NCBI GenBank assembly: GCA_028534125.1
Contig: CM052817.1
Coordinates: forward strand, 41,356,001 to 41,420,000
Direction of reading: 5' to 3'
Length of the DNA: 64,000 nt
DNA from: Lama glama
Taxonomy: Eukaryota
In this document: one piece after another, positions 36,212 to 48,455 of the stretch
How the letters are laid out: each line of letters opens with the position of its first letter
Numbering within the stretch: the first letter of the stretch is position 1
The notes under the pieces: model-generated
What the model was told of the DNA's origin: nothing
Databases searched by the model: none
Seen by the model: the letters and a program-made list of their open reading frames with translations, nothing else
Program-made: the position numbers and the translations under genes

Positions 36212-38874
36212 ACTGAAGACAAAGACTTGGAAGCACAGAGAGTTGCTAAACTCATTTCTTTTCTTATCAAACACATTCCTTATTATTAACATTATAGGAA
36301 TTCTTCCTAAAATACTTCATCTATATAACAACACAATCCTAATTTTAACAGCGTGGAAATATCCTTGGAAGAAAAAACATAGAGAAACTCTTTCATGTTT
36401 TTAGAATTAAAGTAGCATAGACTTTGGGTTGCTCTTGTCATTAGCTAAAAATGTTATTACAGAATTTGTAGCCAGACTTGTGAAAATCTATAAACAGCTT
36501 TATAGAAGTTTCTTTGATAAGGAAAATCGTGCTCAGTGGAATGCTTTTGGGGTTTTAAATGCTCAGTGGAAAGGCTTTTGGGGATTTGAATGCCGTCATT
36601 GATAACCCCTTCTTAAATTTTAAAACTACAATGAGCCCATCTGTCAAAACCTATTGATATGTAAACTTGGCAAATGGTCCAGCCACAATCTTACATTCTA
36701 TGCAGATTTCCAAAAATGCACCATGTCCTCCCGGTGAAAGTACTTACTGATGAATAATGTTTAACCAGATTTTTTTTTATAGTAGTGGCTCAAAGACTTT
36801 GAGAAAACATCCTCAAGAAGCTACTACAGAAACTTCCAATTTAATGAATTTTAACAGCTGTTCTGCCACTAGGCCTATAAGTGGAATTTGATTTCCCTTG
36901 AGGCAGTTCCATTAATTTGTTTTTATTATTTTAGGATAGCTAATACGCTTTAGCTGGCTGGGTTCTGACACTAGGAACAGTGTGGGTGGCTTGGCAATTC
37001 TGGTCCTAATTAGTACTCCTCTGAGGGCTTCCCCTAAAGACCACCCAGATGGTGGATGGTGCAAGGCTGTGAGGCGAACAGCACCCATTGCCCTGTCTGG
37101 CATGATGGGGTGGAGCACTTCTGCTAAGCACTTTGGAGAAGTTCTCAGGAGATCAGGGAACTCAGTAGTGTCCTGAGATGGTGGAGGAATATTCTTTCCT
37201 TTCAGTTTTTAATGGGCAGACTATCCCTCAGGTGCTCAAGCCCTTACCTGTTGTAATGCACTTGCTCTACAAGGTCCAGAGAGCTGTGCTCGACATGCAG
37301 CTCAGCTGAAGAGGACTCAATTGTGGCTTCAGATTCTACAACAGAAAGTTAAGGATAATGATAACTGCCCTTCTGATCCTCAGTGCTATTATATGCAGAA
37401 GATGTAGAAAAATCAAGGCGAATATATTTTAAAAAGAAATGCTTCCATGCACTTAAGAAAAGTTTTCTGTAGACAGGACTCTAACATGAAGCTTACCTAA
37501 AAACTTTACACCTTATAGAAACTTTATGCCTCCATACAGTGAGGTTGAGTTCAGGTTTCTTTTTAAAATAACTTTATCGCCAAAGGTGAATTTCAAAGGG
37601 AAAGAAGGTAGGAGACTTTCTTGAAGAATCAGAACAGTTTGGTCGATAGGAATTCTCTGAGTGATTTATTTCTGATTTAATAATTTTAGTCCTTTAAAAA
37701 GATCTTTCCATGACGGGATAAGTCACAGCAGGGTCAGTTCAGTTCTTTTAGCCGAATTAATTTGTTAGCTTTTAACAAACTAACAATGATGAACTTGAAT
37801 TATTGCTAGCTAAATGTTCAAATGGTTGAATTAATGCATTTTGGCATAATAACCTGGGCTTTGTGTGTAAAATACATACATGCATGAGAGTTTGGAAGGA
37901 AAGAATTCTATTGTACAATTGAATTGGCTCCCTGTGGTTTGTGTGGGGTTACATCTCTGTCACAACAAGTCATTACGTTTGCCTGACTCATAGCATCAAG
38001 CTTTACTGGACAATTGACTGAACTGTAAATGATTTCTCAATGCTTAAAACAACTCTGTTATTTTTATTTTTATTTCTCTCTCTGTCAACCTAAGATGTTT
38101 GTTCGATTATTGTTGCTGATTCTTGGAGTAGACAGTCCACAAAAGATGTTGATGTGTCTAGAGATTTAAAAAAAATATTTTTGTTTTCTAATTTCAAAAA
38201 GTGTACATAGTCACTGTGGAAAATGTGGAAAATTCAACAAAGCTGTAGGAAGGACTTAAAAACCACCTAAAAATGGCACTATTCAGAGACAGCCATTTCT
38301 GACATTCTGGTATAATTTTTTAATCTTTTTATTTCCTATGTACATATATATCTTTTGGTTTTAAAAATATGTGCTACTTTATGACCTGTTTTCCTTGACA
38401 TTAAACATTATTTGCTTGTTCATCTGATAAATATTTATTGTCTTCAATTAAATGCTTTTAAAAAGCTACAAGATACCCAGCATGGTTCGTATTTCACTAT
38501 GATCAACAAAAGATGGGAAGGGCATAGCTTTTTTTTCTTTCTACAGTATGTGCTGCCCTGATTCACCTCATTGATATATCTGAATCATTCCCATTTGAAT
38601 TTCAAAAGACTTTAAAGTTTGAAACATTTATTAAAGTCGAGAAGTATTGTCACTGTCTCTGTCCATAAGTATATGAACCATTTGTTATGTTAATCTTTTT
38701 CAATTTAAAGAACTGCTAGCCATACCACTGAATATGCAAAGAATCTACAGTTCAATAAATAAATACCTTATGGCAAGAAAACTTTTGTACAATTTAAATA
38801 ACCTTAAATCATTAAATATTTTTATTAAAAATAAGAAACAATCATTGTGGCCACGTCTTCCTTTGTATTAAAAT

Positions 38875-39129
38875 AAATTTAACAAATATTTTATAGAATC
38901 CATAATATACAAGACATTGAGCCAGAGGATACAAGGGTGAATGTAACATGGTCCCTACTCACAGAGAATTCACATTCTAGTTGGGGACCCAGTCGTGAAT
39001 GTAATTATCTAACATTTAGTTGGTGTTATACTATAAATATAAATAAAGTGTTATGGCAACTTAGAGAATTAGAAATTAATTTGGACTGGGGGCTGGGGAA
39101 AGTTTCACAGAGGAATTAGCATTTTGGTT
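38875..39129 (-). mobile_element. LINE-2 fragment
   Basis: tttaacaaatattt...catggtccctactcacagagaattcacattctagttgggg...ggaaagtttcacagagga. Confidence 0.7.
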
Positions 39130-39610
39130 TGTCTTAGAATTCCCTAGACAGACCCTCATACCTTGGCATGAGGATTTACATGCAAGTGGTTCACTGAGGA
39201 AGTGCTGCCAGGAGAGACTAGTACAGAAGTGTGGGAAGGAAAACAAGCCAAGCACAGGGGCAAGATTTCGGGCGATGCCGGGCAGAAGGTAGCTTCAGCC
39301 TGATACTGTGGGGGACTCAGGACGATGTTTTACTGCAGAGTGGGCCTGAGTCAGACAGCTGGGTTTTCACACTCCTGGACTGATCATTTGAGGGCAGGGG
39401 GATGCCCTGGGGGTGGGAATGGGGAGGCGTGGCAGGGCATAAACTCCCCAGCTCTCTAACCTCCACCCCTGCGTGCACGATGGCTCCAGGAGTTTCAGGA
39501 CAGGCTTCTGAAGAGTCATAGATGCAGGCGGTTAGAAGTGAAAGCAGAGAGGCACACAGAAGCAGTGAAAGGGATCTGAGAGGCCCTGGGTGGAACACTG
39601 ACAGTATTCA
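39130..39610 (-). mobile_element. ERVL solo LTR (LTR16-like)
   Basis: Starts tgtcttag (reverse complement of ctaagaca), then gaggatttacatgcaagtggttcactgaggaagtg and gggatctgag near the end. Confidence 0.75.
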
Positions 39611-39683
39611 GGGTAGTGCTAGACAACAAAAGGGAAGAAGTAGAGTTTCAACAGACTTGGAAATAGGGAAGAATGTTCTGGAC

Positions 39684-39797
39684 CTGTGCTGTTCAACGTA
39701 TCGACCATTAGTTACATGTGGCTAGCGGCTACTGGACTGGACTGTGCAGATATAGAACATTTTTACCAACAGAAAAAGTTCTGTCAGACTGAACTGC
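39684..39797. mobile_element. MER3/MER33-like hAT-Charlie MITE
   Basis: ctgtgctgttcaa..tagttacatgtggcta..gcagatatagaacattt..cagaaaaagttctgtcagac. Confidence 0.7.
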
Positions 39798-40736
39798 ATC
39801 TAGACTGAGAATCATATGAATCATATCATGGAAACAAGAAGAAGCAAATAGTTTAGTGGGGCTGTAATGAAGACAGGTGGCTGGAATACAGACTGTGATC
39901 TTACCGTGAGAAGCTTCGGCAGCACTGATCCCATGTGATTAGATGACTGTAGCATCTAAAACGCGGCTGTGGTTCAGTGGGAGCCTACCGTTTAAGGACC
40001 CACCCTGAAAAGGTGTATAGAGGTTTGGCAGCGCCCGTGTTTTCATCCTGTATCACCTCCAGACCTGGCCTTGTGCTAGGTCTCTTTGTGCTCTTAGCTG
40101 AAGACCTGCTCTCCAGTTTGGTCTTCTGGCCTCTCTCTTTCCCTCTGGCTCCTCCTCCAGCCATTTCTCCATCACTTGTGCCACTGCCTCCTCTCTCAGC
40201 TCCAGGCTTGAATCTTAAATCCTGATTCAACAGAGTTTAGAGACTTCCTACCTGGTGTTCTAAATTTCCTTCCCTCTCTCATCATCTACTTGCCAGTTAG
40301 CCCCAATTTGTATATAAAGCCCCCATTGTATATGTAAAGGACTGGGAAAGATAGGGCGAAGACATTGGTTAACGGACTCAGGAGTCCCAAGCATGTCGAG
40401 TAGACTGTGTGGAAAGAGTCAGTGGGGATGGAGAAATGAAACAAAACAGAGGTAATTGATGGAATAAGAAAATGTTAGGGAACAAGAAAATTTTAGGGAA
40501 ACAAACTCTTCCTTAATTTCTAGTGGAAAGAATGTATTTCCCATCAACATTATCTGCTATAAAAGGGAGCCCAAGGCTAGTGCACTATTAAGTCTTTGTT
40601 TCACATGCTTCCTGTAGAGTAAAAATCTTAACCCCATCCTCTCATCAACCTACATTTTTTTCTATATATGAATTTATAAGAGAAGAAAATGACAAAGCTA
40701 CAAGCATCAATCATGGAATTTGTATTTTTAAACTAA

Positions 40737-41232
40737 AACATTTAATTGTGGTGAAACACACATAGCAAAATTTACCATCTTGACCATTTGTAGGTGTATA
40801 TATGGTTCAGTAGTGTTAACTACACTTACATTGTTGTACAACCAACCATAATTTTTCATCTTGCAAAACTGAAACTCCGTACCAAATAAATAGTAATTCC
40901 CCATCAACCTCAGGCCCCACTCCAGACAATCACCATTGTAATTTCTCTCTCTACAATTAATTTGACTATGTACTCCAGGTACCCCATGTAAGTAGCATCA
41001 CACAGTATTTGTCTTTTTGTGATTGGCTTGTTTCACTTAGATTAAGGTTCTCATCCACGTTGTGGCACGTGACAGGGTTTCCTCTCTTTTTAAGGCTGGA
41101 TAATACTCCACTGCATGAAGAAGCTGAGTAATAGTCCATTGTCTGTATATATCACATTTTGTTTATCAAATCATCTGTTGATAGATACTCGGTCTGCTTC
41201 CATCTTCCAGTGATTATGAATCATACTGCTAC
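40737..41232 (-). mobile_element. Old LINE-1 3' end (L1MB-like)
   Basis: ttaattgtggtgaaa..aaatttaccatcttgaccattt..ttttcatcttgcaaaactgaaactc..cagtatttgtctttttgtgattggcttgtttcacttag. Confidence 0.9.
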
Positions 41233-43424
41233 GTTTATAAATCATGTGATTTTTACAAATAACTCTTTTAAAATGCAGCCTTAGCTTGGTACCAGTCATC
41301 ATCTTCTTCCACATCATTTAAAATATATATCTTAATCATAACGGTAACCTGAAATCATGCCAAGATATTTTAAACTATCGAAAGAACTTTTTTGGAGGCA
41401 AGATTCCTTATTCAGGTATTTCCTTATTTATGTTCTATTCCTTAGGCCCTACGGTCATAGTGATTACAAATTCAAAAGGCTACTTTTTAATATATGTAAT
41501 ATCTTACTCTGTTCTTAGGTTACCATTATTTAAGAAATAAGTAAATTATATTTCAAAGACACTATGAGTTCTAAAGCAGAGAAAGCTAGTCTAACACATG
41601 TGAGCATGGTTCTCAAGAAATAAGCATTGAAATAAAACTGGTCATGAGTAACTGTCTAACCAGAACATTCACTTAATCAGAACATAATAAGTATTTCAAT
41701 GCTTATTGACTACATGGCAACTATAAAGAACCGTGCATCGAAGGATGTGAACCCTTTTTTAATCGAATGTTGAAAGACTAAAAATGGCATTTGAGTGTGG
41801 TTAATTTGGGGTAGTATGTCCTCAGCCACATGCAAGAACAACATGATTTCAAATAGGTCCTTTCAGGACTGAACTTAACCCCAATACATGAGGCAAATCT
41901 TTTTAGAAAGATGAAGAATTCCTCAGCCCATTTAGCCAAGTTTCACCAACCATAATTTTCACTGTTATGAATACCTTCTCTCAGGATTTTTGTTCCTTTT
42001 TTGGGAATCTGTTAAATTGCACGGTGAGGTCGTTTTTTGCATCACACACTCACTTGTGGTCCGAGGCCAACTGAAGGCCTTGCAGCGCATCTCTGGAGCT
42101 GATTAACAAGCTCACAGAACAGACACAGTGAACAACAGAAAGCCCTGATTTTCTAAGTGACAGTGTTCTCTCCAGTGTAGGGAGAAGGGATGTGTGATAT
42201 TGAATGAAGTAGCAATATCCAGGCGTTTAAATGCATCATTTGGGGGAAAAGAATTTAGTCAATCCATTAGTTTTATTAACCAAAAGTGAATCACAGAGTA
42301 GCTTCATTCACAGTCTTATTTCTTTAGTCCTTTTTGGCTTGTCAAGGTGTTTATATTAGACCTGTAATGCCCCTGTATTTTTTTCTCCATCAGAAAGTAA
42401 GTGGCTATTATAATATCCTGATCTTCTACCTCTTTGTTTAAACTTCTTAATGTGAAAAGCAGCAGGGCTGCCTTCCTGGATTTAAAAAAAAAAAGGCTTA
42501 GTTTTATATTTTCTGTATCTCAGCGCTCTTTAAAAAGAAGCATGACAGATACAAGGGACTAAAATATAAACATCAGAGGCTGCTGGCAAAGCTTGTGATC
42601 GTGTCCAGCTAGCGTCCATGGTTTCCTACTAAACCCCAGTAATATCTGTGCTCTTTTACTCCAGTTCCTTTCTGAAGGATATAATTATGTCACATGGGCA
42701 CTGTCCACTAAACCAGCCCGAACAGACGGTCAGTTGTGTGACTGTGTACATGGGCAAAGACCTCAGCAAGAATTTGAGGCTGTGGTACATAGTGACCCCA
42801 AATGGGGAGAGTTTTCCTGGAAACTGAACTTTAGCCGAAAACCAGGAGCTTAAAAAAGGTAAGAAAGTAAATGTCAGCTTCTACCACTGGAATAAGTTAT
42901 TGACAGTGGATCAGGGCAAAAAAAAAAATAGTAATTATCTACACATCCGTATCAACTATGTCTTTTTTGTAATTTAATAATATTTCTACTGGGTTTCAAA
43001 ATGGTTTCTCAATCTTCATATTTGTGAGTGTGTGAAAACAGAATGTATTTTAAAAAATAAGTGAAAACATAAAATGTAAAACGTTTGATTGTCTGTCTAG
43101 TTTATTTTCTTGCCTACCTTTTCTGGGGTCACAAATCTCAATGGAAACTCTGTAAACTAATTTGTCACATGATTCTTACCGACTTGAGAACTGCAAAGGA
43201 CAGATATTTGCAAAAGATGAAGAATATTATCGTGTTTCTGCTGCCTTTTCTCTACTCTGAAACTATCTACTTGCTTTTAGGAAAGTCTCTCTTGGCTTCA
43301 CTTTGGCCAATGTAACATATATGGTGGAGCCATGTCTAATTCCTGGTCTACATAACCATAAAAATTTCTCCTGAGAACATTCAGAAGAAAGGAGGGGAAC
43401 ACAAAAAACTATCCTAGACGCCTT

Positions 43425-43600
43425 TGCTCAGAAGATCTGGGTTCAAGTTCTAGCTCAATTACTTAGCAACTTTGTGATCTTGAGTCTGCATTCTAAGAAT
43501 AACGATACCTGTCTCACACAGTTATTCTCTTCATTTAAATGAGATGATAGATGTGAAGCACTGAGTAAGCTGAAACACACCACACAAATTTAAGACATTA
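43425..43600 (+). mobile_element. MIR SINE
   Basis: cagaagatctgggttcaagttctagctc..acttagc..tgtgatcttg..taaatgagatgat..tgtgaagcact. Confidence 0.75.
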
Positions 43601-43709
43601 TCAATGTAAGATCTAGGTAGGCAAGCTCAAAAGACACCAAAAAGAAGGCATTCATATTCTGAGCTTTAAAGTACTGAACTGATATGATGAGTGAATATAA
43701 AATATATAT

Positions 43710-43899
43710 GCGAATACTTTCTTGAGAGCCTCTAGATACTGTTCAATACATGACTTTATTAATCCCCTCTATAATGCCACAAGGTAGTCCTTGTTCTCCC
43801 ATTACACGAATATGGAAACTCACTCAGCTGGGTTACCCTGGTTACATTCCTAACAGGTGGCAGAATCAAGATTCAAACACTAGTCTGGATAGCCTACTC
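43710..43899 (-). mobile_element. MIR SINE interrupted by the L1 complex (appears to resume at ~45043)
   Basis: ctcccattacacgaatatggaaact..ggtggcagaatcaagattcaaacac; ttaaccac continues at 45045. Confidence 0.7.
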
Positions 43900-43904
43900 T
43901 CTGT

Positions 43905-44670
43905 CTGGTTTTTTTTTGTTTTTAAGTATTTTTTTAACATTTTTTAATTGAGTTACAGTTATTTTACAATGTTGTGTCAATTTCAGTTATACATGAACAT
44001 ACATATATTCATTGTCACATTTTTTTTTCACTATGAGCTACCACAAGATCTTGTATATATTTCCCTGTGCTTTACAGGATAATCTTGTTTATCTATTCTA
44101 CATATGCCTGTCAGTATCTACACATTTCGAACTCCCAATCTGTCCCGGGGGGGGGGGGGGGGGGGGGGNNNNNNNNNNNNNNNNNNNNNNNNNNNNNNNN
44201 NNNNNNNNNNNNNNNNNNNNNNNNNNNNNNNNNNNNNNNNNNNNNNNNNNNNNNNNNNNNNNNNNNNNTATTCCATTGCATAAATATACCACATCTTCTT
44301 TATCCAGTCATCTGTTGATGGACATTAAAGGCTTGATCTACAGAATAGATAAGCAGCTCATATGACTTAATAAGAAAAAACAAACAACCCAATCCAAAAA
44401 TGGGCAGAAGACCTAAACAAGCAATTCTCCAAGGAAGAAATACAAATGATCAATAGGCACATGAAAAAATGTTCAATATCACTAATTATCAGAGAAATGC
44501 AAATCAAAACTACAATGAGGTGTCACCTCACACCAGTCAGAATGGCCATCATTCAAAAGTCCACAAATGAATGACAAATGCTGGAGAGGCTGTGGAGAAA
44601 AGGGAACCCTCCTACACTGCTGGTGGGAATGCAGTTTGGTGCAGCCACTGTGGAAAACAGTATGGAGATT
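43905..44670 (-). mobile_element. Young camelid L1: reverse-oriented 3' end plus an inverted (+) upstream ORF2 segment at 44328-44670
   Basis: Poly-T and reverse-complement 3' UTR at 43908-44146, reverse-complement ORF2 end at 44269-44327, then a + segment closely matching 54218-54550. Confidence 0.85.
44169..44268. other. Assembly gap (100 N)
   Basis: Run of exactly 100 n, preceded by 22 G. Confidence 1.
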
Positions 44671-45030
44671 TCTCTTTTTTTTAACTGAAGTATAGTCAGT
44701 TTATAATGTGTCTAATGTTTCAGTCATACATATACATACATATATTTCTCTTCATATTCTTTTTCATTATGGCATATATCTGGAAGGAACTCTAATTCAA
44801 AAAGGTACATGCACCCCAATGTTCATAGCAGCACTATTTACAATAGCCAAGACATGGAAGCAACCTAAATGTCCATTGACAGATGACCGGATAAAGAAGT
44901 TGTGGTATATTTAGACAATGGAATGCTACTCAGCAATGTAAAAGAATAAAATAATGCCATTTTGCAGCAACATGTATGGACCTAGAGATCGTCATTCTAA
45001 GTGAAGTAAGCCAGAAAGAGAAAGGGAAAA
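44671..45030 (-). mobile_element. Second L1: reverse 3' terminus (44671-44770) plus + oriented ORF2 end (44771-45030)
   Basis: tttttttaactgaagtatagtcagtttataatg is the reverse-complement tail. It is followed by [35 protein letters not shown], the L1 ORF2 C-terminus. Confidence 0.85.
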
Positions 45031-45224
45031 GATGGCTTGCTCATTTAACCACAGCTCTCTACTGTAGGCTCTCTATCAGCTACTTCTGGTGTAGACTATG
45101 TTTGCAAGAACTGTATAATACCTTGGGAACCCCTGAGATAGTCCAATGATACCACCATAGATTCTGATGGTTTATGTTTGGGACAGATATTCATAGGATT
45201 TTTGAGATTCAAAGCATAAGATAA

Positions 45225-45462
45225 TGAGACAGCATGCTTTAAGAACTTACTATAAGCCAGACACAGTTCTAAATGTTTACATATTGCTCATTTAATCCTT
45301 TTAACCCAACAAGGTAAGCTGTTCTTTAAAATCACCCCTTTTACGAAGGAGGAAATTACAGCAGAAAGAGGCTCAGTAAGTTGCCCAGAACTGCACAGCT
45401 GGTGAGAGGAAGGAGACACGTGCAGTCTGGCTTCAAGGCCCATGTTCTCAGCCACTACACTG
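45225..45462 (-). mobile_element. MIR SINE
   Basis: ctcatttaatcct..cccttttacgaaggaggaaa..gaggctcagtaagttgcccag..cacagctggtgag..ttctcagccactacac. Confidence 0.85.
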
Positions 45463-45764
45463 TGTCTCTGATGGCCTGTGGAGATGAAAGTAGGGCCAGA
45501 GAGTATTTGATTCCTATTACTTGATCCTAAGCAATATACTTCAATTTTGATGTCATTCTTTTCCGTCATCATTGACTTGTGCAGAAAACATACACATTCA
45601 GTGTCTCCACACTGAGCTGCAAGGGGCCATCTTACACAACATATACATCTTTTCCCTAAGTTCCTAGTATATGTGAAAAATAAATCATGTAGGAAACATG
45701 ACTAAAATAAATCAGTCCTATCTCCTTGCCCTTTCTCTTTACTTCTGCTTCTTAGGAAAACAGG

Positions 45765-45995
45765 CGAGCACAGCGGAACAAGCCCGGCCTTTGGAGGGAG
45801 GTCTGATTACGCTCCTGGCTCCAGCATAGCAGGACACTAGCCAGGGTGCAGTGTGACCTTGGGCAGGTAGCTTAACCTCTCTAAGACTTAGTGTTCTCGT
45901 TTACAGAATAGAGATGGAATACTTACTAAAATGTTTATTGTGAGAAATAGAGATCATTTTGTAAAGTGTCTTGCCTAGAGTAAATGCTTAATAAG
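45765..45995 (+). mobile_element. MIR SINE
   Basis: gtgtgaccttgggcaggtagcttaacctctctaagacttagtgttctcgtttacagaat. Confidence 0.85.
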
Positions 45996-48455
45996 AATTG
46001 ATTCCTTCCATTTTTGCTTCTGTTGGAATGCATTCCAGTCACCTAAGCATTTTTATTTTCTATTTTGTTTAAAACCCCACCAAACCCCACCAATCCATCT
46101 GAATTTCTCAGAATATCCGATGCCTAAAAACGTTTTCAAGCCATTTTCAAATATTTAGTGATCACATATTTAGCGATACAGGCAGTCACAGGTGGCATCT
46201 GATGCTCCAAAGGATGGCCCCAGGACACAATCTTCCCTAAGATTATTCTGACCATCTCAAAGACTGATTAGGTTAGTTGACATGAGTTACATTTGTCATT
46301 AAAACTGTCACAGTCATTTGTTTGGGTTAATGTTCTACATCCTGGGCCCCAGAGTCCTCGTGATCACAGACTCAGAAAGCTATTTTTCAAATAGCAAATC
46401 AGGGGAAAGGAAGGGAAAATTCTGGCTGCTGTTGCTAGCTACATCTTTTATTTGTTTGTTTTTAGACAAAGTGATATTTCTGGACAGAGAAACATTTCTC
46501 TCCAGATCTCTGGAAAATTTGTTGGGTGGGAAAGAAGCATTTTCTGACCAGGGGAGGCTGCTGGAAGTCTTGAAAAAGGAAAAAAAATCCCCCTTGAAAA
46601 AGGGGGATTCCAAATAGCAATTTTTGCAAGAACACAGGTATCAATGTCTCTTCAACTTAGAAGATTCTGGAGAAAAAATGTCTAATATAGTCTAGCACAT
46701 AGACGTTCTACTCAAAAAGGACTGCAACAAAAAATACTTCCTTGTTGGTTCTGGCAAAGTCAAGGAAATTAGATTATGAAAGAGACCCCTGAGGGAGCTA
46801 GAGCATTTCCAGAGCAAGGAGCAAAGCAAAGCAAAATTGGAGAACCCTCATGTCCTCCAACATGCAAAGATAAAAAGAAAATTTAAGGAAGAAAGGAAAT
46901 GGTGGAGTGGTTATTACACTACCAGAGATGAAAGACAGAAAAAGGCCCCCAGCCAAAGAAGTGATGATTATACGCCAAACCAACTTTCCCCAGCTACAGA
47001 CTATTAAAATGAAAGGTCAAAGCACAACAGAATTTCTGGGCAGCCTAATGTTGACGGTAAGGCTCTTATCTGGTACAGTCAATCGGCAAACATAGATGAA
47101 ATTATCTAAGTCTTACTTTACATCCATAAACCAGATAAGTGTTGTATATTAACAAACTGAATTAGAGTCAGGTAGGAGCAGCAGGCTTCCTGGAACATAG
47201 GAAATGGCAGACTCTCAGTTAATGCAGAAAGGAAAGCAGTGTGACCATCAAGGAGTTGGCAAAACATAGCCATGTCCCCAGGTGGCCACAAGGGGAAAAT
47301 GCTGACACTTTGAAGCTAAACAGTAACTAGCTCTCAATAGACTGAGAAACTGCTGGTGGGAACACAGTGGTACTTTTCAGCGTAGGATTGTCCATGATTT
47401 TAGGTAAAGAACTCCCCCAAAACTAAGATTTTGCAAAAATATTTTCAAAATAAAAATTAAATTGCATATAACATTGCTTTCGGTTTATATTGCATTTTAG
47501 AGCATGAGTAATGCTCCTTCAATGGCAAAAACATCTCAGTTCTCAGTATTTTCCACATATAGGAGCTACTACATTCTTCATGAAATTGGGCAATAAGATG
47601 TGTGATAAGCATGGTAGGATTCTGAATGAGATTAACCCAGTTAAAATTAGAATCATAAATGATCAGTTTCCTAGCATGAGAGTAGTAAGATTTCTTAACC
47701 TAGTAAAACTTTTAAAACATTTCTTGGTCACATTTTTAGCTGTGCTTAAATATGTAGAAAATATTAAAAGAGGAAAATATGAAACTCTAAGTAAAGGTGA
47801 ATTACCTAGAAAAACTTCCTGCTAGGTGAAGAAACTGCCCTTCAAAGCAATAGTTGGCTGGGAGATTCATAAGTGCTTTGAGATACGGCCAAAAACATTA
47901 CGGTACCCTGGGGAATACTAAGTCAAATTTGATGACCAAACACATTTAACACTCTCTGTCAAAAAGTAGAATTGCTCATTTCAATATTTACTCAGTTGGG
48001 GAAACATTTCTGACATGCATGAAATTTAACTTCACAAGACTTAGTTTACTCTGGTGAAAACATTGGTATTTCGAGATGAACATTACACATAAAAACAAAT
48101 AAACCACGCTTTCTACCTGTGTGAGGGTGCTATGAGGTGTGCTTGATTTGATTTTTTAGAAAATAGGCCATGTCACACTTGGACAAGAACATACTTTGAA
48201 GAACGTACTTTTGGCAGAGATATTGGTTGGGAAGTGCTAACTCTGAGTTCGAAGAGATTGTTTGATCCCTCTTATTGGAGCTCTCAAAGGATAACCTGAA
48301 AGAAGAAATTAAATAGTTGTAATAAATTACGTCTATCTCATCTTTGGAGTGGTAGAGAGACTAAGTATATTTTTCATGAATGTTTATCCCAGCAAGTTTT
48401 CAATGTAACCAGCACAGTTCTTATAACTCACATAGCAATTTCTGGAAAGTCTATT

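Noticed and set aside
44147..44168. 22-G homopolymer as a G-quadruplex element
   Set aside because: It abuts an assembly gap at a position where the reverse L1 3' UTR should be C-rich. It is most likely a sequencing or assembly artefact, such as two-colour no-signal G calls.
46579..46609. aatccccctt-gaaa-aagggggatt hairpin followed by a T-run on the - strand, resembling an intrinsic terminator
   Set aside because: The hairpin is real, but rho-independent termination does not apply in mammalian nuclear DNA and there is no associated gene.
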